NCBI GenBank assembly: GCA_950097015.1
Contig: CATNEN010000011.1
Span: 1,364,001 to 1,428,000, forward strand
DNA length: 64,000 nt
Direction: 5' to 3'
From: Macrostomum hystrix
Taxonomy: Eukaryota > Animalia > Platyhelminthes
Each line of letters opens with the position of its first letter. Position 1 is the stretch's first letter. Shown one piece after another: positions 15,201 to 27,200 of this stretch. The position numbers and the translations under genes are program-made. Under the pieces are notes generated by a model. It was given only the letters and a program-made list of their open reading frames with translations, ran no database searches and was not told where the DNA came from.

Positions 15201-18200
15201 GTGGGCTCGCGAAGTGACCTCACCTACTCAGTGTGCATCGATGGCTTTCCACTGTTTAAACTGGCTGTTATGGAAATGTGTCCAGTGTATCTCGGCATTA
15301 ACGAAGTAACTGATAACATGAAGAGTCGATATGTCGTCGTGGCTGGCTTCTGGTCCGCTAAACGGAAAATGCGCTCGACTGCCTATCTCCTTTGGCTAGT
15401 GGAGCAGCTGAATGCACTGCGGTCAGTTGGCATTGAATTCAGCAAAGGTGCTGGTGTTGATGGCAATCAGGGGGGAAGAATTAGACTGCACCCCATAATG
15501 TTTATTCTGGACGCTCCGCAACGTGCAGAAGTCAAATGCTTGCGTCAATTTAATGCCAAGTATGGGTGTGACAGTTGCTACACTGTCACCCTGCATGACG
15601 CAGAACGTGGGGGCAGTGCGAGAATCTACCCAGACGCACTGTCGGAGGATGCGATGCAGGCGGCACTGTCCGCCAATGTCACGCAGCCAACAGTTCGCAA
15701 TCTGGCCGATACCGTGATGCTGGCTAATACTAAACCCGTAGCCGCGGAGCACAATCTCGGAGTCCTAGCAGTATCACCACTCTATCGGCTTGAAGGCTTC
15801 GACTACATCCAATGTTGTCCACCGTGTTTTCTGCAACAATTGCTTACTGGCCTTGTCCGACGCACTATGGAGCAGCTATTTTTTCCCATTGGCAAGAAGC
15901 CCATGAGAGTGTGTCCCGCACCGGATTTGTCCAGAAGACTTTCAGATATTGACGCCCGACTGGCTACTATCCACGTGCCGGCATCGCATCAGCGGGCGCC
16001 GCGCACGATGCACGAGCTAGGGCACCTCCGCGGGCACGAGCTCGAAGCGTGGCTAATATGCTACGGACCAATGGTGCTCGAGGATGGTCTGCTTGATGCC
16101 AGTTATTACCAGCATTTTATGCTTTTGTCATCTGCCATTTTCTGGCTGTGTCTCGACGGCGCACCGCACACGCAGATATTGCGAGCGGACGCTAATCTGA
16201 AGCACTTCTATAAAGAGCTACGCAACTTTTACGGAGCCGCGGTACTGACGTATAATGCCCACCAGGTATGTGAGCATTTCAGTGCGTATGCTCTATTGCT
16301 TGGACCGTTGCATCGGGTGTCGGCCGGCCTTTTCGAGTCTATGCACGGTCGCCTGCGCTCAAGAGTTCACGGTACGCGACACGCAGACAAACAGTTGGTA
16401 AGGCAGCTGACTCGACGTGCGGCGACTCGCTACCTCGTCGCCCTGTTGGGTCTAGACCCAACAGAGAGCTCAGAGAGCTCAGAGACATTTTCAGCAGCTC
16501 CAACCCAAAGGCGACAGATCGACCAGCATTGACTACTGCCGATGGAGTGCGGCTGTACCAGCGCCAGCAAGGACGTGGCTTCACGCGGGCTGTACTTCCC
16601 GGTGGATGCGAGTTGGAGGTGTTTCGACCTCAATTGCGATTCAGCAAATCGGCGTCCTGCTTCATCGCATTCAATTGCAATGCAACTGGTGCGCACATCC
16701 AATTTGAGTTCGGTCGCGTGGAGTCGATTCGCGTTGCAAACGGCACCGCCAAATTGGTTGTGCGTCGGTTATTGACCGAGAAGCATGTCGAGCCACGTGA
16801 CAATCCGCTTTACTGCTTCTCGGGACGGCGCCTGCTGGGCGGTTGTGCGCTTGCGCACGTACGTCGATTGCAACGAAGCCCATTCGACCAGGTGTCCAAG
16901 TTCTATTTCGATTTGGACCCTGTTGTCACCATCGTCAAGGCCTGCGCCGTGTCGGACTCTCATGTGGCGTTTTTGCCGCATGAACAGTTTTCTTTCGCTG
17001 CGTAAGGGTGTTGTCTCCTGTCTGACAGTTGCTGTAGTGTTTATGAATGTAAGCCATTGAATTATGTCAGCCCAAGTTGTTCAACATTATTGCCTAAAAC
17101 CTTTTTGGTTTGCTAGACTCGCTTTGGATCTCCTCGTCTACGTTTGTTATATACTCGTATTATCTGTGTACGAGCGTATCTGCACTGTGTTTCATTGAAT
17201 TTTATATTTTCTGTGAAGAACTATAATTTTAAGCTGTACTTTTAAAAACAGATGCGCAAGCACAGTATATTTGGTAGGCCATGCCGTGTGAGAAACACCT
17301 TCGTGCTACGAATTTTATTCGTAATTTGTAAATAATTGACGCTTTCCAGATTTTTTCGGGGCACTGCGGAATTCAGATATAGACAGAAGGGTTTTGGCGG
17401 TCAAGTTGAAGTGCGGGCGATATACTCGTAGGAAACCCTTTTATACGAGCGTATATTATTTTATCTATCGTTTCTGAAGGCTCTAGGAATTAATGTAAAA
17501 GTTTGCAAAGTTCCCACCCTTCACCCTCACATACCTTAGTCCTCTACTCCCTCAATTGCTGCATTATAGCAGCCTCTCCGAGCATTTTGAAAATGTCCGG
17601 CAACAAGCCTTCGGATTTTATTTCTAAAAATAAGTGGCTGTCCAAGTCACCTTCTGACCAGGAGATGGTTCGGAAGTCAGTGGGTCGGCCTTACCAGCCC
17701 AGACCGCCTTCTGGTTTCCAGCTAGAGTGTCAGGAGGCTGCTAAGAAGATGCAGCGGGAAATAGACAAGGAGCGCGAAATGATTCGGATCGCAGGTGAGG
17801 CTGCCTCGCGACAATGCGCCAAACCATTTCATGGACCTTGGCTTTCCAAGCGCACTCCGGTGACCAGGGGCATTCCGTTATTTCCGTCGGAGAACCCGGT
17901 GACTCTACCGGAGAACCCGGTGACTCTGCCGGAGAACCCGGTGACTCTGCCGGAGAACCCGGTGACTCTGCCGCAGACCTCGGCGACGCAGGAGGATGAT
18001 TTGCAGCGCATTAAGAAGGACCTGCAAGATAGATGCGCCGCCGCTCTTATGCGTGCGGAAAAAGAATTGGAAGAAGCAGGCTTGCTGCTTGATGAGCTGA
18101 ACGAATACAGTCGCCCTCCATCGCCAATATTTGAGTAATACAGCATTTTCAAGCTAGTAGAAAGTGCATGGAAGTAAATAATCGAATCAGAAGTAGAGAA

Positions 18201-21200
18201 TAATTCTAAAAATTCTACTAGTTGTAATAATAATACCAACCTCAGAGCAAGAATGTTAGCAACAGCTCAATCAAGAAATTGAATAGTAGTTAGAAAGTAA
18301 AGATTAATTTCCTTATAGAGAAAGCTGTAGCATTTTGTCAAAATCGAAAGTAAAAAATATTAATCTGAAAGTATTCGACTTACTTTCCTGTAAAAATATG
18401 GTTCCTGTAATTTTATGACAAGACACATTAACACTCCAAGCTACTAATTGTAGCTTAAACAGACAAACGTGTACCAGGCAGCCTGTAAAACCATAAAAAC
18501 CTGCAATTTTATGTAAATCGTAATAATGTGTTAAATATAGATTCCCACAAAAGTATGCATAATTTTTCACGGGCCAAAAACTATGTTTCGTTGTCAAATT
18601 TTCTATCCAATGAGGACAGTTTTCAGTCTTTTTCTGCACTTCTATAATAATTGTGTAATATTGGTAGTGCCCAGCGCACCGCCCAAATAAACAGGCCAGA
18701 CCATTCATTACTGCTATTGTCATTGATGAGGCTTGTGTGCTTTTTCTGATCTCTTTCTCTTGATGGACTTAATTTTTTTAACTAATTTTACGAATTGCAT
18801 TTGTCAAATAGCTTTTCAGATAAGAGGTATTCGCAGGTCTCCAATTGCCTACCAGAAACCAATAAATCAATCAGTCATTGTTGGTCCCAGATCTCTCTGC
18901 GACCTAGATCACTTTGTTCCAGGCTTATCTGCTTCCATGCCCCATCCAGCTGAGAAATGATCTGAGGGAGAGGGGGAGTACTAACTAATTTCTCATGCAT
19001 CTGTTGTGCCGTGGTGTACTTTCACTGCTCAGCGATCTCAGGCTTGCAGTTGATTGGCGCACTGGGCACTGCACTTTCTCTCCTCGGCTGTTTATGCTCC
19101 ACTCACCCCAGTCTGTCTGGGCCCGCTGGCTTTGGCTAGCTGCCCCACCCCTCTCTTCGCGTCCCCCCAGCCTGTTATCACCCCACCCTCCCGCTTGCGT
19201 GACTACCTTTTAAACCCCAAGTGTTACCATTCTCGCGCAGCTGCTGATTGGTCCGGGCCGCCTCTCTCGCGCGCCGGCCAATCAGCAGCCTTCTCGCTGT
19301 TATCTTCTAAACTGGTTGTGTGGGTGGCCGGGTGGGCCCGGGGTAGCGATACCCGCGGCTTAGCCCGGCCAGCCTAAAATATATATTGGAGTGGCGCCGG
19401 TGAGGGGCTCCTTCGACCGTTGCTCAACCCTAACCCTCCAACCGAATCTGAGACTAATTAAGATTGTACCTTAAGGTAGTACCGACCGAGCCCCCCATCG
19501 GCGACCACCGCACAGTTAAAGTTGCAGTCTAAGAAACTGTTAAGTGAGTATCTTTGGTCTTTTTGTCACTCATTTGCGGGTCTGGCTGGGACTGAACTGC
19601 GCCATAGGGACGGACTGATCAAGTCTCCTGACGCGTCCCCACGCTCGGATTCCGAAGTCAGTCCGACCAGCGGGCTGACGCCACCCTCGTGCTCGCTCAC
19701 TGGAAGACAGGATCAGAAGGCGATCCGGCTTTGTCACAACACATCTGTACCACTTTTGCAGAAACGTCATTAAAAAGGAATGGATGCGAAAAAATTGCGG
19801 AAGAGTACCGCAACGGAACAAAAGTCTTCTTCAAAGAATGCATCAAATACAATGAAAAAGCACGTAGCTTTTAGGGCCCCGATAAGAAAGCGCAAACCCG
19901 CCTCTGCCACTGCTGGCGCTTCTGCCGCGTCTGAAGGTGGCGGTGCTGCCGCCGCTGACGCCTCTGTCACTGCTGGCGCTTCTGCCGCGACTGAAGGTGG
20001 CGGTGCTGCCGCCGCTGACGCCTCTGTCACTGCTGGCGCTTCTGCCGCGACTAAAAATGGAGCTGCTGCCGCCCCTGCCGGTCCTGGCACCTCTGCCACT
20101 GGCGCGTCTGCCACTGCTGGTAAGAAGGTCTCGGGTGGCCCTACAGCATGCCGCTACTGGGTATTCGAATACGCGCCGGAAGACGGCGGTCAGCTTGGCA
20201 TCTACGCCGACAAGTGCATCGTTACTGACGGCTCAGTCGACCCAAGCCGACTGTCAGTGGACGACGAGGTCACCACAAAACCAGGAAAGACCTCCAGCGG
20301 CAAGGCCTACCGCGTGCGTGTATGCAAAGGGCCATACCGCACAAAGGCGGCTGCAGAGGCTGGTGCCAGTGCCTGTCAAGCGGTGCAGAGGCCGGCAGGT
20401 ATCAACCTTCCTAACAGCTGCACCACCTGCCAGGCGCTCCGGCAGGAGGTTTTGAACCTCCGGACAGCAGCAGAGTTAGCGCAGCAGACTGCCGACGGCT
20501 ACAGAGAAAGCCAGGGACGGCAGATCGAAGAATTGAACCACCGGCTTGACGATGCTGAATATGAGCGGACTGCGTATAAGGAAAAATGGGAAGCCGCCGT
20601 CATCAGAATCCGTGAGCTGCAGTGTGAGCTGGAGCATGCCCAGAGCGGGGTCGAACATTCGAGGTCGGAAGAAGGCGGTGCTGTTGCTAAGTACACCGTG
20701 GTGCTGCAGGACGCCTTTTTTTCTGCCATTGAGGTACTACAACGCGCAATTTCTACCGGCATCAGTGGCATGGATGTCACGGTTGAAGACAGTACTGACG
20801 TGCTAGGCAGCAGTACTGCTGGCGGCGCTTCTGCCGCGGCATCTGTTGGCGGCGTCTCTGCCGCGGCGTCTGTTCCGTTGCTGGACGATAGAGAACTTCG
20901 CGCCCAGATCCAATTGGCGTCAGCAAAGCAGCAGAAGCGTGCACCCGAGACAAGGGCCTTGACAGCGCGCTGCCCCGACGTCGTTGTGTCGGCCGCCGAC
21001 TATGAACAGATCAAGCGTGCGGTGTCTGTCTATGTGAAGGGAGGTTTCAGCAGTACAGACGGCGATAAAATGCTCCGGACCCTGTACCGAGCAGTCTTCT
21101 CAACCGAGGAGCTAACGACCCGTTCCTACACCGGCCGCAAGACAAAAAAGGATGGTCCGCCGCCGAAGCCGGAAGTATCTAAGAAGAAAAAGTTCGCCAT

Positions 21201-24200
21201 TAAGGCTTTTATAAGTGGGCTAAAGTTCCCTGAGGAATTTCCGAAGAAGTCCTACGCCACGATTTTCAAGCGCACTGCCTTCTGTGCTGCCCGAAAATTG
21301 AAGTCACCACTCAAAGTGACACCCAGCGGTCGCACTGGAAGGAACAAGGGCGGATGGAAGGAAGCCGGTGATGAAGAAGGCAACGGTGACCTTGACAGCG
21401 CCAAGGAACTTGACCTTGACGGCGGTGACGTTGACGCCAAGGAGGACGACGACAGTGGCGACGACGACGAAGCCGCAGCCTCTAGCGACTCTTCCGGCAA
21501 CCCATCAGCGGAGGCGAAGTAGAGACTGAAATTAAGCCATTTGAACATTATTATTTTTCAGTTTTTTTGTGACGGATCGCTAAACTAAGTGCGAAATGCA
21601 CTACAATTGTATGCCAAATTATATTATGTTTTAATGACAATATTATGTTTTTTCTTAATAGTTACTGGCTATGGCCTTCCTTGGACTGGCTTTGGTGTGC
21701 AGAAAATTATGAAGCATGACACGGCCAACAATAGTTGCTGAACATAGCAAGACAAGTGATGCAAAGTGTCCAGTGAAAGCTGGCTGGAAAGCAGGTAACT
21801 AGCCAGTAACTAATTACACCTTGTACCTTTATATGTTTCCTAAAATTGCTTATAACCATCGATACCAATATTTACATATAAAAAGTTATGGCATTTGATG
21901 CGCGGGCAGTTTGCCCATACAAATACAGCGATTTAAGTATCAGCTACTAGCTACTAGCTACTAGCTAGCGAACATCCGTTAACTATGTAGCGAACATCCA
22001 TTAACTATGTTACTAGCTATATTTTACTAGCTATTTTTGCTACTGCCACTACTGCCTTTTTATCAATATAAAGAAAGTCATGGCATTTTACATTTGATAT
22101 AATTCATAATAAATATTAAGTAATTCATATGTATAGATTTTTTTCTTGTTACTATTTTCTGGTGCTACTGCCAGTCACACAACGGACACACAGAATGGTC
22201 ACACAAAATATGGTCACAGTGAACGGTCACATGGTGACTCTGAACATAACGGTCACAAAATATGGTCACAGTGAACGGTCACATGGTGACCCTGAACATA
22301 ACGGTCACAAAATATGGTCACAGTGAACGGTCACATGGTGACCCTGCAATCGGTGACAAAGTATAGTCACAGTGAACGGTAACTTGGTGACCCTATCTTC
22401 ATGAACATGAACGGTCACATTAAACGGTAACCAGCGTTACGGACCACGGTCACAAGTGGAACGGTCACAGCCCTTTTTTGTGACCATTTCGTTTTATACG
22501 GGTAGATAAGCTATTGTTCTATAGACTAGTCACTGTTCTATAGACTAGCTACTAGCTAGCGAACATCCGTTAACTATGTAGCGAACATCCATTAACTATG
22601 TAGCGAACATCCGTTAACTATGTAGCGAACATCCGTTAACTATGTAGCGAACATCCGTTAACTATGTAGCGAACATCCATTAACTATGTAGCGAACATCC
22701 GTTAACTATGTAGCGAACATCCGTTAACTATGTAGCGAACATCCGTTAACTATGTAGTGAACATCCGTTAACTATGTAGTGAACATCCGTTAACTATGTA
22801 GTGAACATCCGTTAACTATGTAGTGAACATCCGTTAACTATGTAGTGAACATCCGTTAACTATGTAGTGAACATCCGTTAACTATGTAGCGAACATCCGT
22901 TAACTATGTAGTGAACATCCGTTAACTATGTAGTGAACATCCGTTAACTATGTAGTGAACATCCGTTAACTATGTAGTGAACATCCGTTAACTATGTAGC
23001 GAACATCCGTTAACTATGTAGCGAACATCCGTTAACTATGTAGCGAACATCCGTTAACTATGTAGTGAACATCCGTTAACTATGTAGCGAACATCCGTTA
23101 ACTATGTAGTGAACATCCGTTAACTATGTAGCGAACATCCGTTAACTATGTAGTGAACATCCGTTAACTATGTAGTGAACATCCGTTAACTATGTAGTGA
23201 ACATCCGTTAACTATGTAGTGAACATCCGTTAACTATGTAGTGAACATCCGTTAACTATGTAGTGAACATCCGTTAACTATGTAGTGAACATCCGTTAAC
23301 TATGTAGTGAACATCCGTTAACTATGTAGTGAACATCCGTTCTATTGATATGCCGCTGCTACAGACCGAGTAACGTAGTTCAGAAGATGCGCGCACAGCT
23401 TAGGCTCCGGGTTCTGCCTCGGATTGCCGAAGCACAGACGAGACACGGCGTCCATCAGGAAGGCGTTGCATCGCTGACGAAATTTCATCATGTTCGGATG
23501 CGGGCTTTCAGACACTTTCTTGGACTTGTCCATGTCGGATTTGTTGAGCTGTTTCTGGCAGCGCGGACATTGGACTTTTTTGGATGCCGCAGCAGCCAGC
23601 GATCTACGAAGACATCGACCGCAGAGCTGATCTCCGCAGCTCAGAGCCACAATGCTGTGGATTGAGTCTTCGCATAGTTCACAGTTGCACGAGCTGAAGG
23701 TGTAAAAGTTTAACTTGGTCGTTAACAAGCGTTAACTTGGTCGATAACAAGCGTTAACTTGTCGTTAACAAGCGTTAACTTGTCGTTAACAAGCGTTAAC
23801 TTGGTCGTTAACAAGCGTTAACTTGGTCGTTAACTAGCGTTAACTTGGTCGTTAACAAGCGTTAACTTGGTCGTTAACTAGCGTTAACTTGGTCGTTAAC
23901 AAGCGTTAACTTGGTCGTTAACTAGCGTTAACTTGGTCGTTAACAAGCGTTAACTTGGTCGTTAACAAGCGTTAACTTGGTCGTTAACTAGCATTAACTT
24001 GGTCGTTAACTAGCGTTACAACCGTAAACTATGTAGCGAACATCCGTTAACTATGTAGCGAACACCCGTTAACTATGTAGCGAACACCCGTTAACTGTGT
24101 AGCGAACACCCGATAACTATGTAGCGAACACCCGTTAACTGTGTAGCGAACACCCGATAACTATGTAGCGAACATATGTTAACTGTGTAGCGAACACCCG

Positions 24201-27200
24201 ATAACTCTGCAGCGAACATCCGTTAACTGTGTAGCGAACATCCGTTAACTGTGTAGCGAACACCCGATAACTCTGCAGCGAACATCCGTTAACTGTGTAG
24301 CGAACATCCGTTAACTGTGTAGCGAACATCCGTTAACTATGTAGCGAACATCCGTTAACTGTGTAGCGAACATCCGTTAACTATGTAGCGAACATCCGTT
24401 AACTATGCAGCGAACATCCGTTAACTGTGTAGCGAACATCCGTTAACTATGTAGCGAACTTCCGTTAACTATGTAGCGAACATCCGTTAACAGTGTAGCG
24501 AACATCCGTTAACTGTGTAGCGAACACCCGATAACTGTGTAGCGAACACCCGATAACTATGTAGTGAACATCCGTTAACTGTGTAGCGAACACCCGATAA
24601 CTATGCAGCGAACATCCGTTAACTGTGTAGCGAACATCCGTTAACTATGTAGCGAACATACTTCTAATAATAAGTTAACTTCTCGTCAACTAGCGTTAAT
24701 TTGGTCGTCAATTAACGGTAACATTTTCTGTAAAGTTTTGACTAGTTTGATAGTAATAATAATAATTTCTTGTTTTATTTCGTTAATTTCGGTAATTAGA
24801 CAATAGATTTTTTTCACTTACCCCATGACTTTCGTGCGAACAGATTCGTTGGCTTTGTTTAAAAATTCTTCCAAAACCTTGATGGATTTTTCACTTTGAA
24901 AAGTGATTTTTTCATCTTTTAGCATCTGTAATAAAGTAGATTTTTTTAATATATATTTTAGCTTTTTATAGGCAAAAAATCAATAAAAGTATACTCACAC
25001 TCCACAGCTGGATGGGTTTGATCAGCGACTCGTCAAACAGCTTCTCCGAGTCTAATGGAATCGACACGTGACGCAGGAAAAAAGCCACGCACTGGATTCG
25101 ATCCCACGACGCTCGGTGAGTGTCCGCTTCATTCGCATAACTCGGCGCGTATTGGTCTAGCATGGACTGCACCACGCCCTGACAATTGGACAGTCGGGCT
25201 AGCCAGTGGGTTCGAGCTTGGTTGAGATCACGCTTGCGGTCGTTGAGCTGTTCGCAGAAGGTCTCAAAGAGGGCCTGAAAAAATCGTATTTAATTGAGTA
25301 CGGAGTGAAATCATTGGATTAGAACCACTAAAACGCATGGATCATACTACTTAACAGACGTAGTTCCGCTCATTAGATTAGTGATTAGAGCATCGGACTA
25401 ATGACTTGAAGGTCAAGGACAACTAATAGTACTCAGCATTAACCGCTATTGCGAATCCATATTGGTTGAATAATTTAATTGTAAATAATAATATATAATA
25501 GCCGACATAGCTAGCTACATCATGAAATTTTGTGAGCAGAAAAATAACTATATGCTTATTGGTGGATTTTTCCACCTAACACTGCGACAAGAATTGTTTT
25601 GTGATTCTGGAAGTTGTCGCATCGGATAGAACGGAAAATTGTAGCCCGTAAACAGGATTTTCATGGCGACTGGTTGATACAGAAATAAGAAAAATACAGA
25701 TATTTTAAATACCCTGTGGCGTTTCTACTGTTAAGGGTGTATGCGGTTTCCCCCTGTCCGTAGACTGAATAGCCGTACGCCCGACACATGCTCATTATAC
25801 ACTTTATGGCTCAGAAGAATGGCATTATCGATACTCTAAGGAAACAATCGCTGGGTGTGTATACAGGTACACAGGTGCACAGGGTGTGTATAAAAGTACA
25901 CAGGTGTGTACACAGGTGCACAGGGTGTGTACACAGGGTGTGTACACAGGTACACAGGTACACAGGGTGTGTACACAAGTACACAGGGTGTGTACACAGG
26001 TGCACAGGGTGTGTACACAGGTGCACAGGGTGTGTACACAGGTATAAAAGCTGTGTACACAGGTACACAGGGTGTGTAAATCTGCTCCTCACCATCGGCA
26101 AAGCGGCCGGGCCGCCCTGACAAGCTTCGGCAGGCGGCAGCTGCAGTCCTGGCACCCGGTGCAGCAGCTGCAGAGCACAGGTCAGATGCTGCTTGGCCCC
26201 CATAACCGTCACAAACACCCGGCAGACAGCTAGGACGAGGCTGTTCGTGCCATCCAACGGATTGGCTTCGACAGGCTCCGGTTCGACAGTCACGGACTCC
26301 ATAGCCATCACGGCTGCAGAGAGTAACGGAATCAGATTAGACACATCGGCATCGCTGGCGCCAGGCAGTTCAATGTGAATTAAATCGTGCATAAATTTAT
26401 TCCAAAGCTGCGGAATTTGCGAATCGTTGTCAATCAGCAGAGCTTTGCCGCAGGCAGTCTCGGCTAGCAGGCGGGCCAGATGCAGCGCAGAAGCTGACGT
26501 GGCCTCCATCGGCAGATTCTGCGACAGGGAGCGCAGCTGCTCCGCGAAGCACCAGGAGAATGGGAAAACGGCGCTAAATTTGTGCCCGTCCAGACTCGAA
26601 CTCGGAACGTCGATTCTTTGCACCTCGCCGGCGCCCTGCCTGTAGCTGGCGGTCACCGAGTCCCTATTAGCGGCTGGTTGCAAACAGCGAAGCCACAGGC
26701 GTCTATGGCAACTGTAACTATCCAGATTGTTGTCCTTATCAACGAAGGCCACAAAGCAGGCCAATGCGGGTGTCACTTTGCGCTTGATATTCCGCCATGC
26801 GCTCTCCCTGGAAAGCGGATAAGCATAGTGATGAGAACTGCTCTCCCCTAATCCTAATTTGTCACTCTCTTAATCCCAACTCTACATATCCGCTAAACCA
26901 CACTGTCAAACCGCTAATCCCCACTCATAAATTCCATTAATCCCTTCGCCCTTACCCTTATCCCTACTCCGTCACTCCCTAATCCCTACTCTGTCACTCC
27001 CTAATCCCTACTCTGTCACTCCCTAATCCCCGCTCCGTCAATCCCCAATCACCACTCCATCACTCCCTAATCCCCACTCCATCACTCCCTAATCCCCACT
27101 CCGTCACTCCCTAATCCCCGCTCCGTCACTTCCTAATCCCCGCTCCGTCACTTCCTAATCCCCACTCCGTCACTCCCTAATTCCCACTCCGTCAATCCCT

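Larger units (their letters stand above)
13488..22502 (+). mobile_element. EnSpm/CACTA (CMC superfamily)-like DNA transposon, 9015 bp, in an RNF213 intron in opposite orientation
   Basis: Left end CCCGTATAAAACGGAATGGTCACAAAAAAGGGGCTGTGACCGTT; the right end is its near-perfect reverse complement ending TATACGGG at 22502. TAG is duplicated at 13485-13487 and 22503-22505, interrupting the 24-bp host repeat. Inverted subterminal arrays and an internal transposase are present. Confidence 0.93.

Noticed and set aside
16398-16494. Intron from GTAAGG (16398) rescuing the transposase frame
   Set aside because: The good nearby AG acceptors (16455, 16464, 16473, 16482, 16494, 16497) all land in the wrong frame.
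14247-17005. Three separate genes (204, 547 and 158 aa) as listed in the ORF track
   Set aside because: The first two share a frame across one TAG inside a conserved motif; the third starts at TTG and reads as the transposase C-terminus.
18313-18723. 136-aa minus-strand ORF inside the transposon
   Set aside because: AT-rich, no motifs, antisense to the other element genes; likely chance.
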